A stretch of DNA of 51,152 nt from an uncultured Anaerolineae bacterium. GTDB taxonomy: Bacteria; Chloroflexota; Anaerolineae; S016-19. The stretch lies in contig CAZDOZ010000001.1 of assembly GCA_964507175.1 (NCBI GenBank), forward strand, positions 1-51,152. Direction: 5' to 3'. The position numbers and the translations under genes were made by a program. The notes beneath the pieces are model-generated. The model made no database searches. It was not told where the DNA came from and was given only the letters and a program-made list of their open reading frames with translations. Positions within the stretch are counted from its first letter, which is position 1; each line of letters begins with the position of its first letter. This document shows positions 20,243-30,007 of the stretch, piece after piece.

Positions 20243-21334
20243 CATTGCCGGCTGCTCGCGGAGTTTTCTGATTCCTCCGAGCGGTTTCGTCTGCTATACG
20301 CGGGGAGATTATGGAAGAGAAATCCGTGGGAGACAAAGGGCCATCCAACGTCCATGATCATTTCTTCAAGGAGGTGTTCTCCAGGAAAGAAACGGCCAGC
20401 AACCTCATTGAGCGATTCCTTCCTGCGGAGGTGGTGAGGATACTTGATCTCTCGTCCCTGGAGAGCAGCAAGGGTTCATTTGTGGATCCTGAGCTACGCG
20501 AGCACTACTCCGACCTGTTGTACAGGGTGGATATACGAGGGGGTGGTGCTGCTTACGTTTACGTGCTGTTTGAGCACAAAAGCTACCCTGACAGGCAGGT
20601 AGCGTTTCAAGTATTGCGCTACATGGTGCGGATATGGGAGCACATGGTAAGGCAGGGGGAACGGCTGGTTCCTATAATTCCGATGGTGGTGTATCACGGG
20701 CTTGGCAGGTGGAGAGTAGGGGATAGCTTTGGTGAGTTGTTGAATTCGCCGGAGGAGTTGAAGGCTTTCCAGCCGGACTACAGGTACCAGCTTCTTGATC
20801 TTTCTCGGTACAGTGACGAAGAGTTGAAGTCAGGGGTGCTGAGGGGTGTTCACCTGCTGTTGTTGAAGTACATTTTGCGTCCTGACCTGAGGGAGCACGT
20901 GTGGGAGATATTCTCGTTGATGGAGGACCTTCTGGCGCGGGAGGATGGGCTGGAGTGGTTGGAGGTCATGATAAGGTATCTGTCTCAGGCTACGGACAGG
21001 ATCACTGAGGAGGAGCTACGGGAAGCTGTCGAGTCAGTATTTGCAGAGGAGGGAGGTAGGATCATGGGAACCATAGCTGAGAAATGGGTAGAGCAAGGCC
21101 TGGAGCAAGGGATAAAGCAGGGTCTGGATCAAGGCCTGGCAGAAGGATTCCGGAAAGGGCTTCTTTCTGGCATAGAGATGGGGCTTGAACTTCGGTTTGG
21201 GTCGGCAGGGCTGAAGCTTCTGCCGGAGATCTACCGGGTAAAGAATGTGGCGGCGCTCCAGGCGATACATGAGGGGCTGAAGACAGCATCCAGCCTGGAG
21301 GAGTTGCGGGAGATATACCTTCCCTACGTGGAGG
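19235..21334 (+). repeat. tandem direct duplication of the Rpn gene (unit offset 1112 bp)
   Basis: 19235-20222 aligns with 20347-21334. Between about 19247-20176 and 20359-21288 I found no mismatch by eye. A few synonymous differences occur only at the edges. Confidence 0.85.
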
Positions 21335-21354
21335 AAAAGGACGGAGACGACTGA
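20311..21354 (+). CDS. Rpn-family recombination-promoting nuclease / putative transposase, copy 2
   Basis: 329 internal residues are identical to copy 1. Only the extreme N- and C-terminal tips differ. Confidence 0.85.
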   Translation: MEEKSVGDKGPSNVHDHFFKEVFSRKETASNLIERFLPAEVVRILDLSSLESSKGSFVDPELREHYSDLLYRVDIRGGGAAYVYVLFEHKSYPDRQVAFQVLRYMVRIWEHMVRQGERLVPIIPMVVYHGLGRWRVGDSFGELLNSPEELKAFQPDYRYQLLDLSRYSDEELKSGVLRGVHLLLLKYILRPDLREHVWEIFSLMEDLLAREDGLEWLEVMIRYLSQATDRITEEELREAVESVFAEEGGRIMGTIAEKWVEQGLEQGIKQGLDQGLAEGFRKGLLSGIEMGLELRFGSAGLKLLPEIYRVKNVAALQAIHEGLKTASSLEELREIYLPYVEEKDGDD

Positions 21355-21791
21355 TGCCTTACGAGGAAGCATTCCGAAAGGTGGCACGGGAGGAAGGGGT
21401 CGATTACTGTCTCCTGTACGAGACTGCCAGGCGGGAGAGCAATTTCAATCCCCTGGCGATAGGCTCTGTGGGTGAGTATGGGTTGATGCAGGTGCATCCG
21501 GACAACTGGGGCAAGCTGGCCCCACAGTTGGGCCTTTACGACCCTTTCGACCCATACAGCAACATAAAAGCCGCAGCTGTCTACCTAAAATGGCTCATAC
21601 GCGAGGTGAGGTCCATGGGGCTGACCGAGGAACGCTGGATCCTGGTGGGCTACAACTGGGGCACCGGAAATCTGAAAAAGCTGGTCCAATCAGGCGGCGG
21701 TTGGGACCAGGTACCTCAGGCCCCGGCTGCATACGCCACATCGATAATCCTCTCGGCCGAGGCCTGCCGGATATCCGGAGGGGCGAATTGA
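21354..21791 (+). CDS. small soluble lytic transglycosylase (SLT domain) protein
   Basis: ARRESNFNP..GEYGLMQV..YNWGTGN motifs of SLT/goose-lysozyme-like transglycosylases. 145 aa with no hydrophobic N-terminus. Its ATG shares one nucleotide with the Rpn copy-2 TGA. Confidence 0.8.
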   Translation: MPYEEAFRKVAREEGVDYCLLYETARRESNFNPLAIGSVGEYGLMQVHPDNWGKLAPQLGLYDPFDPYSNIKAAAVYLKWLIREVRSMGLTEERWILVGYNWGTGNLKKLVQSGGGWDQVPQAPAAYATSIILSAEACRISGGAN

Positions 21792-22414
21792 GCAGCCTCG
21801 ACGAACGCCGGATCGCCTTGCGGAAGCTCCATGCCGAGATGCGTGCATGCAGAAAGTGCCAGGAAGCCGGGTTCCCCACAGTGCCTGGCGCCATTTTCTC
21901 CGGCGATGCCAGCGCCCGCATCATGATCATCGGACAGGCGCCCGGAAAAGTCGAGGCTTTCACTACAAAGAAGCCGTTCAGCGGCCCCGCTGGCAAGCGC
22001 TTGATGCGCTGGATGGAGGAAGCTGGGTGGATGGAGGAGGAATTCCGGCGGGAGGCGTACATTACCGCCGTCACCAAATGCTTCCCCGGGCCCGGGAAAA
22101 ATGGCCGTGGCGATCGGGCCCCAACTGCCAGGGAGCGCGAGCTTTGCAGGCCTTTTCTGGAGCGTGAACTTTCCATCGTGAATCCAGATGTAGTGGTTCC
22201 GGTGGGAAGGCTTGCTATCGCGCATTTTCTGGGAAACTCCATCCGTCTTGCCGACGTGATCGGACATTCCTTCCAGGTGGATGGAAGAATCGTCGTGCCG
22301 CTCCCACATCCGTCGGGCGCCAGCGCGTGGGCCAATTCCGCTGCGAACCAGGAGAGAATCCACAAGGCTCTTGCCATTCTGCGAGATCTCCGGCCGGGCC
22401 TGCGCCCTGAATGA
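21788..22414 (+). CDS. uracil-DNA glycosylase superfamily protein (Fe-S family 4/5-like)
   Basis: CRKC..C..C cysteines, motif A IIGQAPG, PFSGPAGKRL, motif B PHPSGAS. Start is uncertain: TTG 21788 overlaps the SLT stop as TTGA, and ATG 21839 is the alternative. Confidence 0.75.
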   Translation: MSSLDERRIALRKLHAEMRACRKCQEAGFPTVPGAIFSGDASARIMIIGQAPGKVEAFTTKKPFSGPAGKRLMRWMEEAGWMEEEFRREAYITAVTKCFPGPGKNGRGDRAPTARERELCRPFLERELSIVNPDVVVPVGRLAIAHFLGNSIRLADVIGHSFQVDGRIVVPLPHPSGASAWANSAANQERIHKALAILRDLRPGLRPE

Positions 22415-22577
22415 ACGATTGCCCTCCGGGACCAGCTTCCCACCGCGAAGCCCGCTGGGTGTGCAGAGAAAAACAAATGCACTCTAACCTCTGATCCCCA
22501 AACCCTGTGCTCAGTGTGGCAGGCACACGCCCGTCCCAAGAAGTTGAAGTTATGGGTAACCGTCGCTTCCACCTCTG

Positions 22578-22606
22578 TTGCTTTACCCCCCCACATTTGC
22601 TATACT
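22578..22606 (+). promoter_or_regulatory. sigma70-type promoter candidate for lepA
   Basis: TTGCTT (22578-22583), 17-nt spacer, TATACT (22601-22606). The lepA ATG is only 13 nt further on. Confidence 0.4.
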
Positions 22607-22618
22607 ACCCATATCCTG

Positions 22619-24439
22619 ATGACGGACAAGCGAAACATGCGCAGGGAATCGATACGAAATTTTTGCATCATAGCCCACATAGACCACGGCAAATCCACTC
22701 TGGCGGATCGGCTGCTGGAGCAGACGGGGACCGTCTCGCCCAGGGAGATGCACGAGCAGATCCTGGACGACATGGACCTGGAGCGGGAGAAAGGCGTGAC
22801 CATCAAGGCATCCCCCGTGAGAATGCTCTACGACGCCCCCGACGGCCGACATTACGAGCTCAACCTGATAGACACGCCGGGCCATGTGGATTTCAGCTAC
22901 GAAGTGTCCCGTTCCCTGGCCGCTGCCGAAGGAGCGCTCCTGGTGGTGGACGCTTCCCAGGGGATCGAGGCTCAGACCCTGGCGAACCTCTATATGGCTC
23001 TGGATCACGACCTGGAGATCGTCCCCGTGGTCAACAAGATAGATCTGATTTCTGCCCGTACCGAGGAGGTGGCGAAGGATCTTTCCGATCTCCTGGGCGA
23101 CCCGCCCGAGAGAATCCTGCGGATCTCCGCCAAGGAGGGGATAAACATCGACCAGGTGCTCCAGGCCATCGTGGAGCGGATCCCGCCCCCCGGCGGCAAC
23201 CCCGATGCTCCATTCCGCTCCTTGATCTTCGATTCCCACTATGACTCGTACAAAGGCGTGGTGGCCTACGTCCGTGTCATAGATGGTAGCATGTCAAGCC
23301 GCGATCCGATCCTGGTCATGTCCACCGGAAAAAGCTCCGAGCCAGTGGAGATCGGGGTCTTCACCCCCGGAATGACGCCAACGGAGCGCCTCTCCGCCGG
23401 GGATGTGGGGTACATCGCCACAGGGCTGAAGACGGTGCGGGACTGTCACGTAGGGGACACCATCACCCTGGCGGAGAACCCCGCGGCGGAACCACTGCCC
23501 GGATACCAGCCACGAAAGCCGATGGTCTTCGCTGGCGTCTACCCTTCGGACACGGAGGATTACGCCCTCCTGAAGGACGCCCTGGAGAAGCTGCAGCTCA
23601 ACGACGCAGCCCTGACCTACGGACCAGAGACCTCCCAGGCCTTGGGGTATGGCTTCCGCTGCGGCTTCCTGGGGCTGTTCCACATGGAGATCATCCAGGA
23701 GCGTCTGGAGAGGGAGTACGGCTTGGACGTGGTCTTCACCGCACCAAACGTGGAGTATCAAGTTACCCTGACCAACGGCAAAGAAATCATCGTGGACAAC
23801 CCTGCCGAGCTCCCGCCGGAGAATGAGATAGCCGAGATCCGGGAACCCTGGGTGGAGATCACCGTCTTCACGCCGGCGGAGTTCATCGGAGCGGTTATGG
23901 ATCTGGTCACCTCCCGGAGGGGCAAGTTCAAGAACCAGGAATACCTGGACCCGAAGCGGGTAGTGCTAACTTATGATATCCCGCTGGCGGAGATCATGGT
24001 GGATTTCTACAACGAGCTGAAAGCCCGCACCAGAGGGTATGCCTCGCTGGACTATCAGTTCAGCCAATACGAACCGGCGGACATGGTGAAGCTGGAGGTG
24101 CTGGTGAACGGCCAGCCGGTGGACGCCCTCTCCATTATCGTCCACAGGGAGCAGATGTACCACAAAGCGCAACGGTTGGTCAGCAAGATGAAGAAAGTGA
24201 TCCCTCGCCAGCTCTTCGACGTGCCAGTCCAGGCGGCAGTAGGGAAACGGGTGATCGCCCGCTCCACCGTAAAAGCTCTCCGGAAGGATGTGCTGGCCAA
24301 GTGCTACGGCGGCGATGTCACCAGGAAGCGGAAACTCCTGGAGAAGCAGAAGAAAGGCAAGAAACGGATGAAACAGGTAGGCAAAGTCAGCATCTCCCAA
24401 GATGCGTTCATGGCGGTCCTCAGGCTGGAGGAGGACTGA
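22619..24439 (+). CDS. lepA: translation elongation factor 4 (LepA)
   Basis: [35 protein letters not shown], and the conserved LepA C-terminal domain. The upstream 35 codons of the ORF were rejected. Confidence 0.95.
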   Translation: MTDKRNMRRESIRNFCIIAHIDHGKSTLADRLLEQTGTVSPREMHEQILDDMDLEREKGVTIKASPVRMLYDAPDGRHYELNLIDTPGHVDFSYEVSRSLAAAEGALLVVDASQGIEAQTLANLYMALDHDLEIVPVVNKIDLISARTEEVAKDLSDLLGDPPERILRISAKEGINIDQVLQAIVERIPPPGGNPDAPFRSLIFDSHYDSYKGVVAYVRVIDGSMSSRDPILVMSTGKSSEPVEIGVFTPGMTPTERLSAGDVGYIATGLKTVRDCHVGDTITLAENPAAEPLPGYQPRKPMVFAGVYPSDTEDYALLKDALEKLQLNDAALTYGPETSQALGYGFRCGFLGLFHMEIIQERLEREYGLDVVFTAPNVEYQVTLTNGKEIIVDNPAELPPENEIAEIREPWVEITVFTPAEFIGAVMDLVTSRRGKFKNQEYLDPKRVVLTYDIPLAEIMVDFYNELKARTRGYASLDYQFSQYEPADMVKLEVLVNGQPVDALSIIVHREQMYHKAQRLVSKMKKVIPRQLFDVPVQAAVGKRVIARSTVKALRKDVLAKCYGGDVTRKRKLLEKQKKGKKRMKQVGKVSISQDAFMAVLRLEED

Positions 24440-24446
24440 ACGTCGG

Positions 24447-25454
24447 ATGGCCGAGCGTGTAAGAAATCCCTTCCTGTCATGGAAGTTTTGGGCCGGGATG
24501 CTGATAAGCCTGCTGGCATTCTGGTTGGCTTTGCGCGGTGTGCACCTACATCAGGTTTGGGATGCGCTCCTGCAAGCAGATTATGCTTACCTGGTACCCG
24601 CCTTCCTGTTTCTCCTGGTTGCCATCGGCACGAAGGTCGCTCGCTGGGAGGTGCTTTTCTACCCTGACCGGGGGATACCATACAAACACCTGCTGGCGGC
24701 GATGGGCATAGGCTACCTTGGGAACAATATCCTGCCAGCGCGCATCGGCGAACTGATACGGGCTTACGTAATAGGTGAGAGCGCCAGCGTGAGCAAGGCT
24801 CAGGCGTTGGCAACAATCGTGGTCGAGCGTCTCCTGGACGTCCTGACACTGCTCCTTTTCCTGGCATTCCTGCTGCCTGCCCTGAAGGTGCCTGGATGGA
24901 TGGCCCGCTCCTTCCTGGTGCTGGGGATAGCGGCGCCTGCCGCAACGCTGGTGCTGGCGCTGGTGTCCAGTGTGGAAAGATGGCTCATAGCGGTGACATC
25001 GTGGCTCGAGAAAAAGGCATCGTTCCTGGCCCGCATTCGCCTGTCAGATGGGGTAGAAGGGTTCATGGTGGGTCTGGCGATCCTGCGCCGGAAGAACCTG
25101 CTTCCGGCGCTCGTAGGATGGTCAATCCTCTCCTGGGTCGCCAGCGGGCTGGCGTATTACATGGTCATGCCCGCGTTCCACATCCACCAGCCTGTAACCA
25201 CAGCGTTTTTAGTCCTCTGCGTCACCTCCCTGGGGATGGTGGTGCCGTCCTCCCCCGGGTACGTGGGGGTGTTCCACTACCTGACGGTGGTAGTGCTGGA
25301 TTTGCTGGGCGTGCCGAAAGACCTGGCGTTGAGCTATGCTCTGGTCCTGCATGCCACGGTTTACATAACCCTTTCTCTCACAGGGGTTTACGGAATGCTC
25401 GCGGAAAGTCTGGGATGGAGGGAATTGACAGCTGGGCAGGTGGGAGAGCGGTAA
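24447..25454 (+). CDS. UPF0104 / lysylphosphatidylglycerol-synthase-TM-region-like (flippase-like) membrane protein
   Basis: About 8 TM helices, with the GNNILPARIGELIRAY motif characteristic of this family. Confidence 0.72.
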   Translation: MAERVRNPFLSWKFWAGMLISLLAFWLALRGVHLHQVWDALLQADYAYLVPAFLFLLVAIGTKVARWEVLFYPDRGIPYKHLLAAMGIGYLGNNILPARIGELIRAYVIGESASVSKAQALATIVVERLLDVLTLLLFLAFLLPALKVPGWMARSFLVLGIAAPAATLVLALVSSVERWLIAVTSWLEKKASFLARIRLSDGVEGFMVGLAILRRKNLLPALVGWSILSWVASGLAYYMVMPAFHIHQPVTTAFLVLCVTSLGMVVPSSPGYVGVFHYLTVVVLDLLGVPKDLALSYALVLHATVYITLSLTGVYGMLAESLGWRELTAGQVGER

Positions 25455-25488
25455 TTGCAGTCGATTGGCGGGCTACTGACGGAGGATC

Positions 25489-26649
25489 ATGATGGTGGCA
25501 CGAGAGATATTGGAAGAAATCGAGCGGAAGAACCTTGCCCCTTACGGCATGAAGAGTGCCGACTCTAGGGGCCGCGAGTATCCAGAAGAGGAACCGCCTT
25601 ACAGAACTGCATTCCAGCGGGACAGGGACCGCGTGATCCACACAACCGCGTTCCGCAGGTTGGCATACAAGACTCAGGTATTCGTCTACTACGAGGGGGA
25701 TCACTACCGTACCCGCTTGACTCACTCCATCGAAGTGGCGCAGATTGGACGGACGATGGCGCGGGCTCTGGGGGCCAACGAGGACCTGACCGAGGCAATC
25801 TGTCTTGCCCACGATCTGGGACACCCACCTTTCGGTCATACTGGCGAGGCAGCGTTGAACGAGGTGATGGAGAGCTACGGTGGTTTCGACCACCAACGCC
25901 AGACCATGAGGATAGTCCAGCGGCTGGAGCGGCGCTACCCTGATTTCCCCGGCCTGAATCTAACCTATGAGATGAGGGAAGGTCTGGTCAAGCACGACAC
26001 AGAATACGATGTCACCAATGCCGAGGGATACGAGCCGGACAAATCCGGCACTCTGGAGTGCCAGATCTCCAACCTGGCGGATGAAATAGCGTACGACACC
26101 AGCGACCTGGACGACGGCCTCCGTTCTGGCATCCTGGACCCCAGGGCGGTCCAGAAGCTCGAGATCTGGGAGGCGGTGATGGATTCCCTGGGAGAGTCAC
26201 GTAATGCCCGGATAACCCAAATGCTCCGGTACCGAGCGATACGCCGTTTGGTCGGGATGGAAGTCAGCGACGCAATCGCCGCTACGGAACAGGCGCTGGA
26301 AAGATCTGGCGTTGGCTCGGTGGAAGAACTTCGCGCCCTGGGGGTGAATGTGGCATCCTACTCTTCCCAAATGGACACCTGGAACAGCGAACTGAAAAAC
26401 TTTCTGATGGAGAATTTCTACCGGCACTACCGGCTCAGGAGGATGTCACACAAAGCCACCCGGCTGCTCCAGGGCCTTTTCGCAGCGTACATGGAGGACC
26501 CAAAGCAGCTACCGCCGGAAACGATGAAGCGGGCGGACGAGGAGCCGGAGGGACTGCCGCGTGTTGTTTGCGATTACATTGCCGGCATGACCGATCGCTA
26601 CGCCGTAGCAGAGTACCGTAAACTTTTCGACCCGGCAGAGCGGGCGTAG
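25489..26649 (+). CDS. dgt: dGTPase-like HD-domain triphosphohydrolase
   Basis: FQRDRDRVIHT..FRRL..KTQV, RLTHSIEVAQIGR, HDLGHPPFGH, and C-terminal DYIAGMTDRYA. Confidence 0.88.
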   Translation: MMVAREILEEIERKNLAPYGMKSADSRGREYPEEEPPYRTAFQRDRDRVIHTTAFRRLAYKTQVFVYYEGDHYRTRLTHSIEVAQIGRTMARALGANEDLTEAICLAHDLGHPPFGHTGEAALNEVMESYGGFDHQRQTMRIVQRLERRYPDFPGLNLTYEMREGLVKHDTEYDVTNAEGYEPDKSGTLECQISNLADEIAYDTSDLDDGLRSGILDPRAVQKLEIWEAVMDSLGESRNARITQMLRYRAIRRLVGMEVSDAIAATEQALERSGVGSVEELRALGVNVASYSSQMDTWNSELKNFLMENFYRHYRLRRMSHKATRLLQGLFAAYMEDPKQLPPETMKRADEEPEGLPRVVCDYIAGMTDRYAVAEYRKLFDPAERA

Positions 26650-26707
26650 GATATGCGGCTGCGCCTCTGCTGATCATCGACACGTGGCAGGGGAGCGAGA
26701 CATCATT

Positions 26708-28837
26708 TCACTCGATCAGCCCCCGCATCGTCGGCACATACATCTGGTCCAGGTATTCTTTGAGCATCCGGCGCAGGCTGAAATAGGGCGCCACCGTTCG
26801 GATCGTCTCTTTCATCACGGAGATCCACACGCGTGGGAGGCCCGCGTCATCCCGCCCGTAGAACATCGGCACGACGCATTTCTCCAGGATGCTATACAGG
26901 TGCAAGGCGTCGTCTGCGTCCTGTGCCTCCAGATTGTCATACTCCTTCTGCTCGCCAATAGCCCATCCGTTTGCGCCGTTGTACGCCTCTGGCCACCAGC
27001 CATCCAGGACGCTGGCATTCGGCACTCCGTTTAGGGCGGCTTTCTGCCCGCTGGTGCCGCTGGCCTCCCGTGGGCGTCGGGGATTGTTCAGCCACACGTC
27101 CACACCCTGCACCAGGTAGCGGGCCATGTTGATGTCGTAGTCCTCCAGGAAGATGATCTTCCCGTTCAGGCCAGGGTATTTCGCCAGGTTGACCACTTGC
27201 TGAATCATCGCTTTGCCCGGATCGTCTTTCGGGTGTGCCTTTCCGGCAAAGATAAACTGTACTGGCCTATCCGGATCGTCCACGATCCGGCGCAGGCGGT
27301 CGATATCCCGGAAGGCCAGAGTGGCTCGCTTGTAAGTGGCGAACCTCCTGGCGAAGCCAATGGTCAATGCTTTGGGGTCGAGAACGCCCCATGCCGTTTC
27401 CACTTCATCCGGAGGAGCGCCGATTCGCTCTTTCCACGCGGCGTACCTCTCCCTGGCAAATTCGATGAGCCTCGTCCGAAGCTGTAGCTTCACATCCCAT
27501 AGCTCCTCGTCGGGGATGTCCCAGACGCTATCCCATAGCTCCTGCCGATCCAGATTGTCGTACCAGTCGGGGCCGAGGTACTTGTTGTAAAGTTCATAGA
27601 GTTCTGGGGCCAGCCAGCTGGCAGTGTGGACGCCGTTAGTTATCTGGCCTATGGGAACCTCGTCCAGCGGCTTGTCGGGCCAGAGGAAATGCCACATCTT
27701 GCGGGAGACCGCCCCGTGGATCTTGCTGACGCCATTCCGCTTGCCAGAAAACCGCAACGCCAATACTGTCATGCTGAAGCTGGGACCCCACGGCTGATCC
27801 TGATGGGCCAGGCCGAGGAACTCCTCTTTCGACAGTCCAAGCTTAGGCCAGAAATTCCAGAAGTGGCGCTCCATCATGTCGAACGGGAAAGTGTCATGTC
27901 CCGCCGGGACAGGCGTGTGTGTGGTGAAGACCACATGTTTCCGGACGTAATCACTGGCTTCGGCGAAGCCCTTCCCCTGGGCTACCTGTTCCCTCAGCAA
28001 CTCCAGGACCAGGAATGCCGCATGTCCTTCGTTCATGTGCCAGACAGTCGGGTTTAGGCCGAGGGCGCGGGCTGTCCGAACGCCGCCGATTCCCAGGACG
28101 ATCTCCTGAGACAGCCTGGTTTCCAGATCGCCGCCGTAGAGCCGTGCCGCCAGCACACGGTCCTTTGGATCGTTCGGCTCGATGTCAGTGTCCATCAGGT
28201 AGAGGGCGTTCCGCCCCACCTGAATATGCCACACCCTGGCGTACACCGTGCGCGTCTCCAATTGCACGTGGATGCGTATTTCTTTGCCATCCGGCCCAAG
28301 GGCGGCGCGCGCTGGCACTCTGTCGAAGTCCAACTTTTCGTAGACTGCCTCCTGAATGCCGTCGGCGGTTAGCCGCTGCGTGAAATACCCCTGCGGGTAA
28401 AGGAATCCGATCCCAACCAGCGGCACGCCCATGTCGCTGGCCTCTTTGCAATGGTCGCCGGATAGAATTCCCAGTCCGCCGGAGTAAATCGGCAGGGATT
28501 CGTGCAGACCGAATTCAGCGGAAAAATAAGCGACGAGATGGCCGCTCTCAGCTGGGAAACTCTCGGCGAACCAGGACTCGCCGGGATGCATGTACGCGTC
28601 GAAATCCGCCATGACCCTGTGGTACGCCACCAGGTAGTCGGAATCGGCCAGTTCCTCCAGATGTTCCTGTGGGACTTCCTGTAGGAGACGCACCGGGTTG
28701 TGGTAAACTTTCTCCCATAGTTCCGGGTCTATCTGGCGGAAAAGCTCCTGAGCCTCCGGATTCCAGCTCCACCACATGTTGTAGGCCAGTTCTCCCAGCC
28801 TATGAAGATTCACAGGCAATTCGATGGGTATGCTCAT
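26708..28837 (-). CDS. glgP: alpha-glucan (maltodextrin/glycogen) phosphorylase, GT35
   Basis: WWSWN..., SGGLGILSGDH, and the PLP-lysine region EASGTSGQKAALNG. 709 aa, typical of the short alpha-glucan phosphorylase clade. Confidence 0.9.
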   Translation of the reverse strand: MSIPIELPVNLHRLGELAYNMWWSWNPEAQELFRQIDPELWEKVYHNPVRLLQEVPQEHLEELADSDYLVAYHRVMADFDAYMHPGESWFAESFPAESGHLVAYFSAEFGLHESLPIYSGGLGILSGDHCKEASDMGVPLVGIGFLYPQGYFTQRLTADGIQEAVYEKLDFDRVPARAALGPDGKEIRIHVQLETRTVYARVWHIQVGRNALYLMDTDIEPNDPKDRVLAARLYGGDLETRLSQEIVLGIGGVRTARALGLNPTVWHMNEGHAAFLVLELLREQVAQGKGFAEASDYVRKHVVFTTHTPVPAGHDTFPFDMMERHFWNFWPKLGLSKEEFLGLAHQDQPWGPSFSMTVLALRFSGKRNGVSKIHGAVSRKMWHFLWPDKPLDEVPIGQITNGVHTASWLAPELYELYNKYLGPDWYDNLDRQELWDSVWDIPDEELWDVKLQLRTRLIEFARERYAAWKERIGAPPDEVETAWGVLDPKALTIGFARRFATYKRATLAFRDIDRLRRIVDDPDRPVQFIFAGKAHPKDDPGKAMIQQVVNLAKYPGLNGKIIFLEDYDINMARYLVQGVDVWLNNPRRPREASGTSGQKAALNGVPNASVLDGWWPEAYNGANGWAIGEQKEYDNLEAQDADDALHLYSILEKCVVPMFYGRDDAGLPRVWISVMKETIRTVAPYFSLRRMLKEYLDQMYVPTMRGLIE

Positions 28838-28871
28838 GGTTCAGTTGGATGTCTCCTTCAATGTGTTTAGG

Positions 28872-29765
28872 TTACTGACCTGCCTGCTCTGCCTGATCGG
28901 CAGCTGGCGTTCCGGACTCTTCCGAGGGAGCGACTTCGCCTTGATCCTCAGAGGAGACGGGCTTTGGCTCCATCTCAGCAGGGGCTTGCTCCTCCTCGGC
29001 CGGCAATTGGGGTGCTAGCTCCTCCCCGCCGGCAGGTGTCGGCTGCGCCGTCCAGGATTCCGGCGGCTGCCAGACCTCCGATGGCTCCTCTCGAGCGGGC
29101 GTCAGCGCCCACGCCACCCTCCAGACCACGACCACGAGGCCCAGCAACACAAGTAACGCAGGCCAGAATTTGGTCAGGGTGCCGCGCTCCCATCCCTCCA
29201 GGGAAAGGAGCAAGAAACCAAGGGTGAGAAATATCACAGTGAACAGCGCCGCGGGCCATGCCTCTTTCTCGCCGAACCGTATCAGGTAGATCAGTGCTGC
29301 AACGATTCCCAGCGCGATGAAAAAGAACCCTGCCAGATCGTGGGGGCTGAATTTTGTTGCGAACCCTACCAGCAGCGCCAGGGCCAGCATCAACCCTCCC
29401 GGTACCACGGCCCACCAATGTTTGTTGTCCAACAGGTAGACGATGAAAAACCCCACGGCCACGCCGAAAGCCAGCAGCGAGAGCAGCCAGGTCAACGGGA
29501 AAGTCCCTTTGTGTCCCAGATACACCACCGCAGCCAGGCTCAACAAGGTCGTCGCGGGAAGCCAGAGCCACCACCGTTCCCTGTTGCTCACGTAGCCGAC
29601 CAGGAAAACCACGCCGCTGAGGGCACTCAGGCCAATAACCGCCAACACGATATATTCAGTCCATTGGTCGAACTGGCCGAGGTTTGCAGCCATCAAGATG
29701 ATCCCGCTGACCAGAAGTGACGTGCCCCAATAAAACGTATGCCCCAATTGCTTCATAGTTTTCAC
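28872..29765 (-). CDS. repeat-built polytopic membrane protein with acidic Pro/Glu-rich tail (LiaF-TM/DUF5668-like by eye)
   Basis: About 8 TM helices with a recurring W(W)xxxP helix-start motif, plus a ~75-aa low-complexity E/P/A/Q C-terminus. Lies 34 nt upstream of glgP on the same strand. Confidence 0.6.
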   Translation of the reverse strand: MKTMKQLGHTFYWGTSLLVSGIILMAANLGQFDQWTEYIVLAVIGLSALSGVVFLVGYVSNRERWWLWLPATTLLSLAAVVYLGHKGTFPLTWLLSLLAFGVAVGFFIVYLLDNKHWWAVVPGGLMLALALLVGFATKFSPHDLAGFFFIALGIVAALIYLIRFGEKEAWPAALFTVIFLTLGFLLLSLEGWERGTLTKFWPALLVLLGLVVVVWRVAWALTPAREEPSEVWQPPESWTAQPTPAGGEELAPQLPAEEEQAPAEMEPKPVSSEDQGEVAPSEESGTPAADQAEQAGQ

Positions 29766-29926
29766 CCTCCATGCGCGGAAGAAGCCCTTAAGCCCACGTG
29801 CCCTCTGTTGATGCGGTTGGAGTATACCCCAGCCTGAGAGCGTTTGGCAAGTGAGTGTGGGCGGCGGGCGTTGTCGCTCCAGTGATGCTCATCCATGGGA
29901 CCGAAAGCTCTCTACGGCTGGCTTCT

Positions 29927-29955
29927 TTGTAGGGGAATCTCTGCTGTGCTATAAT
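29927..29955 (+). promoter_or_regulatory. sigma70-type promoter candidate (extended -10) for mreB operon
   Basis: TTGTAG (29927-29932), 17-nt spacer, TGc-TATAAT (29947-29955). Confidence 0.45.
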
Positions 29956-30007
29956 ATTCGAGCGCCTGCGGGCGACGGGAACCAAAAATTTATGGAGATT
30001 AGGGCCA

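Noticed and set aside
19211-21354. The tandem Rpn duplication as a pure assembly artefact.
   Set aside because: The two copies have different 5' and 3' ends, different intergenic contexts and a few synonymous edge differences. That argues for two real loci. Read-level confirmation is still needed, as noted in the finding.
21595-22596. 333-aa minus-strand ORF antisense to the SLT and UDG genes.
   Set aside because: It is a shadow ORF. Both plus-strand genes have clear family motifs and the antisense product is Arg/Ser/Pro-rich.
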